A stretch of DNA of 62,983 nucleotides, filler included, from Rhabdomonas costata (Eukaryota), in the NCBI GenBank assembly GCA_019059605.1. It is 52 parts of 52 records of this genome, joined end to end, with 100 filler letters (N's around TTAATTAATTAA, not from the genome) between each part and the next. Parts side by side here need not be neighbours in the genome. Positions count along the whole stretch, not along the records: positions 48,545 to 49,657 come from JAHMHO010027942.1; positions 49,758 to 50,863 come from JAHMHO010027943.1; positions 50,964 to 52,076 come from JAHMHO010027944.1; positions 52,177 to 53,289 come from JAHMHO010027945.1; positions 53,390 to 54,502 come from JAHMHO010027946.1; positions 54,603 to 55,715 come from JAHMHO010027947.1; positions 55,816 to 56,927 come from JAHMHO010027948.1; positions 57,028 to 58,141 come from JAHMHO010027949.1; 44 more parts are not named here. One strand, 5' to 3'. The notes under the pieces are model-generated. The model was not told where the DNA came from. It did not search any database and worked only from the letters and a program-made list of their open reading frames with translations. A program made the translations under genes and the position numbers. Numbering within the stretch: the first letter of the stretch is position 1; every line of letters starts with the position of its first letter. Shown here piece by piece: positions 48,654 through 58,700 of the stretch.

Positions 48654-49657
48654 ATGGAGGAAGAAGAATACGAGCCCTGTGTGGAGTTTGACTATAAAGC
48701 CATGCTGGCAACGGTTTTTGATGATGAAAACGGTGCTACTGCTCATGATGATGGGTCGGACTTCGCCATCTCAACTTCTTCCAGAGTGCAGGGTCTTATC
48801 ACACCGACTCCAACGGCAATAATAACACCTACACCTGAAGTTCAACAACTGACTCCGGTCCACGGTACCTGTGATGGTTGCGGGCGCGACAGAAAAGTGG
48901 TGACACTTTCCAATGAAAGCGTGTAAACCGGCTTTTTTGATGGTCTTAGCCTTTGGCAGGCCGAAAAGCACTTTATTCGCAGGCAGAACGTTTTTCGCTC
49001 TCCGCGGGTATGGAGGCGGGAGGCGGGTATGGAGGAGTGTTTCACTGCACACAGTTTAATCCCCTCCGCTGTCTATTTTCCTTAGGGACGAGAGCCACTC
49101 TACTGCTCGCAGTGTTACGCTTATCATTGCTACTGCCATTCACAGCTGAATGCTAATGAGAAGAGACCTCTCCGATGGCCCTCCCTCGTCGGGTATGAAT
49201 TACAAGGCGAAAACGCGATGATTTATTGGAGATGCTTGCCACCTACCCTTCAAAAAAAATGGTCCCACAGTTTCCCCAGGTTACATCAAGGTTTTCCAGG
49301 TCCATTGGATGGTGCTATTCGTCGCTCAGTCCTGACTAACGTCACCCTTTTCAAGGAAGTAGCTGCGCTGCCATGGGATACCAAGTGCGCATCCTGCCGA
49401 TCGGTTCTTATTAATGTGGAGCACAACCACCTACCTTTACATATGTTTGACGAGGGGGACTGGATCAGCGGATCATGGTCATTCAAGCGAGATCTTGCCC
49501 CAAGCTGGGAAACACCCTCAAAAGCGGTGATTGGTCCGATGTATACCCGCTTTTTCCAGATGAACTTCGAGCTACACGTTGCCGTCTGCAACGACTGCGC
49601 CTTGAGTGTATTTTGGCCACAGGAACTTCAGTTAAAAACTCCCGGAGCGATGGTTGT
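48654..49657 (+). CDS. Multi-CxxC (putative zinc-ribbon) hypothetical protein; predicted intron 48921-49085
   Basis: One frame spans the contig with only two stops (TAA 48924, TAG 49083), both removed by a 165-nt GT...TTTTCCTTAG intron. Motifs CDGC, CSQC, HCYCH, CASC, CNDC. Confidence 0.55.
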
Positions 49658-49757
49658 NNNNNNNNNNNNNNNNNNNNNNNNNNNNNNNNNNNNNNNNNNN
49701 NTTAATTAATTAANNNNNNNNNNNNNNNNNNNNNNNNNNNNNNNNNNNNNNNNNNNN

Positions 49758-50010
49758 CCCAACAAAGCCCACATCAGCCTCTGTGATGGAGTTCCTGCCC
49801 AGGCCGAGGGCCAGGGTCTTCAGCCCGGTGGCTTCCCTCAGCCCCCCCAGCGCGCAAAGCCCCGAGGAGTGCAGGTCATTGCTGTGCAGCTCGAGCTGCA
49901 GGGCGGTTAGGGTGGGCATAGTGCCTAACTTGGCCAGCTCCACCGCCCCCAGAAGGCCCACCCCGTTGCTTTCCAGATTCAAACAGAGGGAGGTGATGGA
50001 CGCGGAATGC
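49758..50010 (-). CDS. Leucine-rich repeat protein exon (RI-like LRR)
   Basis: ITSLCLNLESNGVGLLGAVELAKL...LTALQLELHSNDLHSSGLCALGGL...LKTLALGLGRNSITEADV shows LxxLxLxLxxNxI/L periodicity of ~29 aa. CTGACAG acceptor. Confidence 0.85.
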
Positions 50011-50342
50011 CTGTCAGCATGGTCTCAGAGAGAGCGACGTGGTACACGTTTAAAGTATCCGTACATAGCACATTTATGGGGATCGCCGGTTGTTAGAGGG
50101 ACACGTCTACTCCGTATCCTCGGAACCCTCTTCAGTTTGGCGAGCTCAAAACACAAAAAGGCACACAATAACAATAATAATGACGTCCGCACACCAGGCA
50201 AATCAAAAAGAACACGAAATGCCTTCTTATCAATCTTCAAATCAGGTTCTGAGCAATTTGAGTGGCCAATTAACCTCCTCCTCTAGCCTTCAGTTTCACT
50301 GCCATGACCAATAAATTAAAGGCCACTGGAAGGCTTTGATCA

Positions 50343-50856
50343 ATAGCACGACAGCAAAAAGAGCGGCATCGAACGAAATTGACCACTTGACTTCCGATAG
50401 AAGATGCGTGCCACGCCGCCCTTTTTCAGATCTGCCCTCATTCTAAAACGGCTGAAGTACTCAGCCGTGCTTGGTCTCCGGGTGCTAAAATCGCTCACAT
50501 CAACCTCCACTGAAGCGAGATTATCAAGCCTTGCCAGCCCAGAGAGAGCCTCAAAGGAAGCCTCCGTGAGACCCCCCATGCTTCCCAGAAAAAGCCTTGC
50601 CGTGCGAAGCGGCGGAGCCTGACACTCACCAAGTCCGGAACCCCCGAGTCCGTGAACTTGTTCAGCAGCAGCCATAGGCTAATTCCCGCAAGCTGTGGGC
50701 AGGCCTTCAGCCGGGCCAAGACCTGAAGATGGCTGTCCGTCAGCCCGCAGCCCGTGAGGTTCAAGCTGAGCTTCCGAAGCTCCGACGAAGCCAGGATGCT
50801 GCTGACCAACAGCTGCAACCCTTCCACACTCAGCAGGCAGTTGGCAAGCTGCAACC
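50343..50856 (-). pseudogene. Leucine-rich repeat coding segment with a frameshift near 50620
   Basis: LRKLSLNLTGCGLTDSHLQVLARLKACPQLAGISLWLLLNKFTDSGVPDL continues in another frame as QAPPLRTARLFLGSMGGLTEASFEALSGLARLDNLASVEVDVS. Confidence 0.65.
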
Positions 50857-52759
50857 CAAAAAANNNNNNNNNNNNNNNNNNNNNNNNNNNNNNNNNNNNN
50901 NNNNNNNTTAATTAATTAANNNNNNNNNNNNNNNNNNNNNNNNNNNNNNNNNNNNNNNNNNNNATACCACAGCTCTTCACTCGGCCGCGTGTTCCCTGCA
51001 CTGGCTACTGCGGGAGGTTTTGGCTGCTCCGTTGCCGGCCTCACCCGGTTTCCCCCTCTTCAATCTCGAAGTGCATGAGAGCTACCCCTCATGCACAGCG
51101 AGAACAGCAGCCTTGCAGTGGGCGCAGCGTCAGCGTGCTTCGCTGTGGCGGAAACCAGAACCCCTGAAATTCCGTCACCGAAGTCCCTCGCTCGAGTGAT
51201 AGACAGGCGCGACCCTGTCCGGACAAGAGTTCATGAGGTAGAACCCCTTGGAAGATGCATATTTATGTAAAAGCATGCTTATGGGAGGGGAAAACTGTGC
51301 GAAGACGAACGAAAAGTGCTCAGGAGCACATTCCTGAATTTTAAAACAAACGACGCAGCGGATGTCCTACTTTTATTTTGTTACCGAGGTCAGTTCCAGG
51401 TTCGCAGTAGACTGCAAAACTACCGCAATTAATCGTAAATAGACGAAAATTTTTTGTTGTCACTGGTTTCAACAGGGATGGGGTCTAGCAGGGCATCACG
51501 CACAAAAGGGTGCCAAACAAAATGCAATAAATTACACGTCCGTGCAAAGGCTGACAGGAGAAAATGCAAAGTATCAGGGGGTGTGGGAGTGAAGCCAAAG
51601 TCATTGGGAAAGGTAGGGAGGATGGGCAGTGGGCAAAGAGATTGTAGAGAAAAGGAGATGAATTCCCCCCCTCCTCCTCTGCAACAGTCCGCTTTCAACA
51701 GTTCCACGTCCGCAGCTATTTCACCGACAGTACAGTGCAATTCTGTTGTCATTCATGCAAAATTATCTTCCCTTCCAAAAGAAGGGTTTCAACGCACCAC
51801 GGCACAAGGCACCGCACGTTCACCGCACAGTCAACCACTGTCCGTCCACCTTCCTTCGCTTTCCACTCCCAACTCCTTTCTCTCCTTCTCAAGCAAAAGC
51901 AATACAGGTGAAGAATCACGGACTCTTCCTGGTAGCTTACCGCACGTGCATACACCGCGGAATCTAGGGACCCATACAACGTTCCTGCAACGGGTCTACC
52001 GTACCCACCACCTACGTAGACCACTTGGGCCTCGGTCTCATCCTCCATGTCTCTGAGAGATATTTCCACCACAACCNNNNNNNNNNNNNNNNNNNNNNNN
52101 NNNNNNNNNNNNNNNNNNNNTTAATTAATTAANNNNNNNNNNNNNNNNNNNNNNNNNNNNNNNNNNNNNNNNNNNNTTTTTTTTTGCGCCGGAATGTTGA
52201 GTGGTAGAGGCCACTAGAGAAGATTTTGTCATGTTTCATACGCATACCCTGTAATACCTATTTCCAAGATTAAGAAGGGTGCCATCAATTCATCAAACAG
52301 CATCAAAAACTACTTCCCCCGCCTCAAAAGTTGACACGGCAATGTCCCCGCCTCAGCCGCCCGCTTCGGCCGCGCCGTGACTGGCTTCCACTGCGGCGGC
52401 TGGCCTTCGTCCCTTCGCCCCAAAAAACACAATCCTGATGTTGACTGAAGCCCAACAAGAAGTGAACTCCTACAACGATAATGAAATAACCAAGGCACAA
52501 AGACGTTTTTTTTGGATTTGTCATTCCACGGCCGTAAAACGCCGTAATACCGGCCGCCTCCCCCCGCCATCAGGATGGCACTCCACGAGAACTTCGGAGA
52601 TTCATGAGGACTTCGGAGATTAACCAAAAGTTTCTTCTATTTTTCATCCTCAAACTTTGAAAGCCAATCAGCACGAAGTATGATGTCAATACCTGCGAGA
52701 GATGCCTTCATGAGAATACCCGACAGAGTGACAAGAAAAGCAAGGCAAACGCAGCGCAC

Positions 52760-53139
52760 CATTCTTCAGCTGCACCTTGGTGGGGGGAATGCCCACTTTC
52801 TCCTGGATGTGGGCCTTGACGTCGTTGATCGTCTTGTTGTCAAGCATAGTCAGCGTGATGGTCTGCGCCAAGCACAAAGCAGAAGCAAGAACCTCACAGA
52901 TGAAGAAAATTAGGCGCTCATAAAATGGAGAGGAGTGAACCAAAAATTAATCTCTGCTTGAACTCTCAGGGAGTAATTTCACTTTCCCCAAAACCCTCGG
53001 TGGTTCCGTGGTACTTTTGGTTTCGAGGTGGTTTTCGTATGGTTTCCTCCAACACCCACGCTGCGCAACGCACCTGCGCGTCGCAGTTGAGCTCAGCGCT
53101 GGATAGCTGCGGGATGACAATCGTGAACGTCACCGTGGC
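52760..53139 (-). CDS. Ubiquitin-like domain, most similar to the C-terminal UBL of splicing factor SF3A1/Prp21; exons 53074-53139 and 52760-52862
   Basis: Spliced ATVTFTIVIPQLSSAELNCDAQ-TITLTMLDNKTINDVKAHIQEKVGIPPTKVQLKN has the ubiquitin fold pattern (TITL....TI..VKA.IQ.K.GIPP). The extended beta1-beta2 loop ending in Q resembles SF3A1 as I recall it. Confidence 0.7.
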
Positions 53140-54629
53140 CTGCGCAAAAAACAAAGTGCCGTCTAAACGTTCTCCTCTCACAAATACAACCCCCTGCTGT
53201 AAGAGATATATTTGATGAAAAAGGCCACACTCCACACAAAAAACCAACTTCCAAACCAAAGTCGAAAAAATTGACGTTTACACCCAACANNNNNNNNNNN
53301 NNNNNNNNNNNNNNNNNNNNNNNNNNNNNNNNNTTAATTAATTAANNNNNNNNNNNNNNNNNNNNNNNNNNNNNNNNNNNNNNNNNNNNTGTTTGTGGTC
53401 ACCAAACTTCGTAGATGGATGGAAGAAAGGTGGAACAGTGCACCGCGCCATAGGGTTTGAGGCCACCTATGGGCAATTAGCTTTGAGAAAGAGGGAGGAG
53501 GGGGGGGGACGGGGGAGAAGGGAAAACACAAAGAAAAAGCGGCCAAAAAATGGCAAAGCGTGGTTGTGAAACGCGGCTGGCTCGGGTAGGTCTGCACAGT
53601 GGCAACGCCCTTTGCCCATTCACCGAACCTTGCCTTTTACACGCGCCTTCAGGAGGGCCTACAAACACCCTGGGGGTACATACATGGGTACAACACAAGA
53701 ACCCCCGAACCGCATCAGCATCCATACAAAACACATATCGGTCATCCCACACTCCCATCTCACACTCACATAAATCATCCACGGACTGTGATAATCAAGG
53801 TGACAACCACAAAGCACCTCCTGCCCGCTCATCAGCGGTAGCAAAGAAGAGCCCATCAGGACACTACACAAACGGAGGATACCACCGAACTCCTCTCAGG
53901 TGCCCAAAAACAAAGGCAGCTTCCGGCCTTATAAAAAACCCACGACAGGAGCGAAAACCAAAAAGGGGTGTGGGAAAGGCCACCTTTACCCACGAATGGC
54001 GTCCGACACGTGCATTCTTTCTTTCCTGCACTTACCAGAACCACAAACTAACAAACAACAGCAGAATGCGGCACCGGGTTAAACCGGGTGGACGCACCTC
54101 GGCGACTTGGAGTTGTACTGCTGGCATCCAACCACCTCACTACAGGAAGAGGAAACTGCCCCCCCACAAATGGAAGAGCAAAGTAGGTCTTAGAAAACCG
54201 AAAAGCTTGCAACGCTGGCGAGGAAAGGAAAGGTGGTACACGGACAAAAGCTGAAAGAACTCAAAAGCACGATTGAGAAAATAAGGTCTGCGCCGATTTT
54301 GCACAGTCGAACAAAGAGAAGAGAAATAAAACGTTTTGGGCCTTCGCTCTGATGCATCCAAAAAAAATTTTCCAACCTCTGATGAGATGGAAGTGAGAGA
54401 GGGATAGCCGTACAATGCCACACGGGCAATTTAAACGGAGACTCAAACACCACTGGTACAATGGAAATCTGTCAGAGAAAAGCTGCAACAGCAACAACAC
54501 ACNNNNNNNNNNNNNNNNNNNNNNNNNNNNNNNNNNNNNNNNNNNNTTAATTAATTAANNNNNNNNNNNNNNNNNNNNNNNNNNNNNNNNNNNNNNNNNN
54601 NNGTGTGGGGTGGCTGGGCGTGGGTCGCA

Positions 54630-54761
54630 GGAAGGAGGTGCGCGGTTCTTCTTCAACCACTCCCCACAGGTGTTTTGGCCGCTGCGGCGCTCCTCCTCGA
54701 GCTCTGAGGCCTTCTGCTCAATCTGTCGTGCGAAGGCCTTGGCCAGGTTCTCCTTCTCCAC
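54630..54761 (-). CDS. Probable coiled-coil exon
   Basis: CACAG acceptor then VEKENLAKAFARQIEQKASELEEERRS, GC3-rich. Confidence 0.5.
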
Positions 54762-55529
54762 CTGTGCATGCGTGCACGTGCACTGGAGTGGGGAAAGAAA
54801 GGGAGAAATAGAGGGGAAGGGGATGCATGGGACAGAGGGTGTCCAATCGCTGTCACACAAATAACAGTTCTCAACTGATCTATAGCATGTGGCACGTTAT
54901 GCTGGTGAGGTGGCAAATTCCTGCATACCTGCATGCTAGTTTAGCGGGATTATGTGGTGATGTGCCCTTCTCCATTCCAGGTTGGACCCTTTGCACTGGC
55001 GATCGGGTGACGGAGAGAGAGCGGGAGAGGAAGACAGGGAGGGATAAGAAGATTCGAACAAGGTGTCAGAGCTAGTGTACGGCGGTACCATGGCCCAGGA
55101 AAGCAACTGTCGGTCGTTCACGCACCTCTATTTCAGTGACTGCCATTCCATAAACGGGCAAAGACACGTGGGACGGACGAGGCCATGGGATTCATGAACA
55201 CTGGAAGGTTAGCTAGCTAGTCAAGGTGCTCGTCGCCACCACCCGTTGACGCTCTCGGGTCACTGGAGTCAACCACGAGGGTCCCCTGAATCGTGGACGG
55301 TCGCCTTGACTGTCGGAAATTACCTAGGTTGCCGCTGGGCCAGCAGCTGATGGTTGATGGATGCTGTTGCAGCAGCTTCCGGTGTCGATGGTTGCCCTGT
55401 CCTTATTATCCACTTACCGAAGGGTGCAGAACTGGGATCGGCATCACCTGGTTCTATTTTACATTGGCTGCGGTGTTTATTCATGTGTGTATGGCGCGTC
55501 AGCGCGCACCCACGTGGATTCGATTCTTC

Positions 55530-55705
55530 GTGGGAAAGGTTCAAGTAGTGTCCACCCAGGGCTTGATGGAACCTGGGGTAGGCTGAAGACCTTCCTCAGA
55601 GCAAGAGGTGGGGTGTATACTGACCATCTGGAGGCTAATGTCAAGGAGTTCCAGTGGCGTCAGAACCTCCCTGATGACGCTAATCCTTTCATTGTGTTGT
55701 TGTGA
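55530..55705 (+). mobile_element. Merlin / IS1595 (ISXO2-like) DDE transposase C-terminal remnant
   Basis: VSTQGL / DGTWGRLKTFLRARGGVYTDHLEANVKEFQWRQNLPDDANPFIVLL (frameshift near 55565) fits HTxxIEGxWxxLK......G....HL..Y..EFxWR......dpF..ll. Confidence 0.7.
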
Positions 55706-58700
55706 CCACCACCCCNNNNNNNNNNNNNNNNNNNNNNNNNNNNNNNNNNNNNNNNNNNNTTAATTAATTAANNNNNNNNNNNNNNNNNNNNNNNNNNNNN
55801 NNNNNNNNNNNNNNNGAAAATCAGGTTGCTATACTGTTAACAGTAAGAATCTCAACGAGGCGAGAGATGGCCTCAATGTTTGTGGCAATGCCTGTGTGTG
55901 TATGGGGGGGGGGCAAGCGTTTTTTTCCACGTGGTTCCTGGCCCTTCCGTACGGATGAATTTTCTTTCAAATTTTGGGCTCTTCTGGCGCGCTAACAATG
56001 AATGGATGACTGAATAGATCCCGCACATCCGCTGCCAATACATCCGGGAGAAGTTCCTTTTTGTGGACAACAGGATGCTCGCACGCGGTGGGCAAATTTT
56101 CTTGCGAAGAACCAGAGACGCAGGGTAATGGGAAGGTAATAATAAGTTTGATTAATACTTATCTACATGCCTGCCCTCTCGTAGGGTTTTGTAAGATTTT
56201 TGTTCCTCGCTGTAAAGCACGTTTCCTTTTTCTCCAGCGGCCGAACTGCAACTGAGACGCCAGCCCAACCTTCTTCTGCGTTTGGATCCCAGCCAGACCC
56301 ACTGCTTTCGTCGAGCCACCCACCGCCACCACCGTGTGCGACAGTGGGGCAGGCCCTGTGGGAGGTCTTGGGGCCGCCCGGGCTGCCCTCCCGCGAGGAG
56401 GTGTGGGATGCGGTGGGTTGTCCCCTGCGGGGGTTCCGTGGGACTGCGCCGGTGCGCAGCGCAGGCGTGCAGTTCTGGTGCGGAAGGTGCTGCGGACTTT
56501 GGAGCGTCAGAGGGCGATGCTGCGGTCATCCGCCCCCGTGGAGGGTAGCAGCTCGGCCACTCCGCAGCCTTTGCAGGCTGGCTCAGCTGGCGGGGCTGAG
56601 CAGGTGGTCGGATCTCCAAGTGTGTCTTCTTGGCTGCTGTGAATCTTCCGAGAGTTTCTATTCGTGTTAGAAGTGCCTCGTTTGGACGTTGCAAAGGTAT
56701 CTTCGTTCACTGGATGAGTTCTCCCTTACCCTTTCCAAAAGATTGCGCCTTGGCTTGTTCGTTTGCAGTACGACGTATTAGCAATGTGATCTTGTCGGAT
56801 AGGTTAGTACGTTGCCACCACCAAATGTCCCGGCATCATGCACCTGTTCATCGGACACCCACGAACCCACGTACTCGCTTCTTTGAATTTTCAGAGATCC
56901 CGACACCGGTGATTGCGACCACACAACNNNNNNNNNNNNNNNNNNNNNNNNNNNNNNNNNNNNNNNNNNNNTTAATTAATTAANNNNNNNNNNNNNNNNN
57001 NNNNNNNNNNNNNNNNNNNNNNNNNNNGTGTTTGTTTGTAATTTGGGTTGAGGTCATGCGTAAGGGTACCTGTCCAGGGATATAGCGCTTGCACAACAGT
57101 TCTTTCTCTATTATCGCTATTCTGGAGGTTCAAGCTCTAGCTTCTACTGGTTCGGTGGTGCGCCTTCTTCCGATGACCCCACACAGGCACCAATCGTCGG
57201 GGACCCCGCCGAAATGAGGGGGTAGGACCACGTGTTTTGGCCCAAACACCACCCAATTCGCTGGGTCACATCCGCCATGGTCACCCCGCTCAGAACTCGA
57301 GCTGGAGGGACGGGTTGGGGCTCATATTTGATGGTATGGTGGTTCCCCAACAGTCCTGAGATGAGTTGGTTGAACTTCCCGGTCATTTCTCTATGCGGAG
57401 ATGTTAGGGCCTGGGGTGGCCTTTTTGACCTTTGCATGCCTGCACACTGAGGCTAAACCTGCCCAGGAGCTCAGGAGTACTTCATTCCCCGCACTCCATT
57501 CCCCTACGGAGTTGTCGGGTGACCACACACTCACTGAGGATCTTGGTATCTTGTTTTCCTTTTTTGAATTGGGGAGGGGGGCCAGGGGTACCCTGTTTCA
57601 GTGTATGGATTGGAATCTGCTATGGTGGTTGTTCGCGCTCAGATACGGGGCATCATTTCGGACATCTTTTTTCGTGGTTTTCGTGCTTGACTTTGTGAAA
57701 CATGTGGATCTGTGTCGGGTGCAGCGCAGATGGGTTTACTCATATGGACCAGCCGCAGTCGCCGCAGCGGCAGCCCGGTGGGGGCTGGCACAACCTGGCG
57801 GTAATACCAGGGCGTACCCCGTATTCTCGTGTGTATGTGTGGGTGGCCGCGAGGACGCCAATCCATCCGCACAAATCAATGTGTCTGCGAGGCGGTAGAA
57901 CATTCTGGACCATCAGATAAAAACCTCCCAGTGATCAACTCCGCGAACTCCGCGAAAAGATGTCAATCTATCCACACAGATCAGTGTGTGTATGTGGTGT
58001 GTGTGTGTGGATGGGCACACTCTCACCCCAATGCCCGTCGTGTCGTCCAGCACGAACAGCAGCACCGTGAACGCGCCAAAAAACCAACAGGTGTGCAGAA
58101 CAAGCAGCACAAGGACACGCCACAGCACACCGCGCCAAGGCNNNNNNNNNNNNNNNNNNNNNNNNNNNNNNNNNNNNNNNNNNNNTTAATTAATTAANNN
58201 NNNNNNNNNNNNNNNNNNNNNNNNNNNNNNNNNNNNNNNNNCACGTCCTTACTTCTCCTGAAAATGAAAACCAGGTTTTGCCCAATGGAAGTTGGTGGGG
58301 GGTGACGGTAACCAGTGGAAAAAGAAACGTGAATTAAACCTTTTGTAAAACATCCAAGCACTCGAAAAGAGTCAATTTTTAGTGCAGGAGGTTTTGGCAA
58401 ACTTCGCCACTGCCATCATGGGCGGACGAGGAGGACAGCATTAGTTTAGGGTTGAAAGCCAGTCCGCGAGTACGCGGCACAGCGGGCTTCCGGGGCGGGG
58501 AAGGTGACCTGGGTGGTTTACCGACATTTTAAAACATGTTTCCGAATAAAGAATCGTTACGAAAGGTAACTCTTCCCAGGTTTTTGCTGCCGCGAAATTT
58601 AGCAGTAGTTGGGTGTAGAAGATGCAAACCTTCCCGAAGCAAGTCCATTTGGTTCTTCATTTTTTCCGTTGGAGGGTGGATGTGGAAGAGATCGCTGTGA

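Noticed and set aside
48921..49085. Stop-codon reassignment to explain in-frame TAA and TAG
   Set aside because: One canonical intron removes both stops, and conserved exons elsewhere show no internal stops.
3642..53289. G/T-rich contig ends as telomeres
   Set aside because: There is no regular repeat unit such as TTAGGG; the tails are irregular, present on many contigs and resemble an amplification primer.
53550..54254. 234-aa ORF and other long track ORFs (51454-52056, 29798-30292, 60925-61359, 36418-36777, 57144-57437)
   Set aside because: No recognisable motif, codon bias or splice signals; consistent with chance open frames or unidentifiable repeats.
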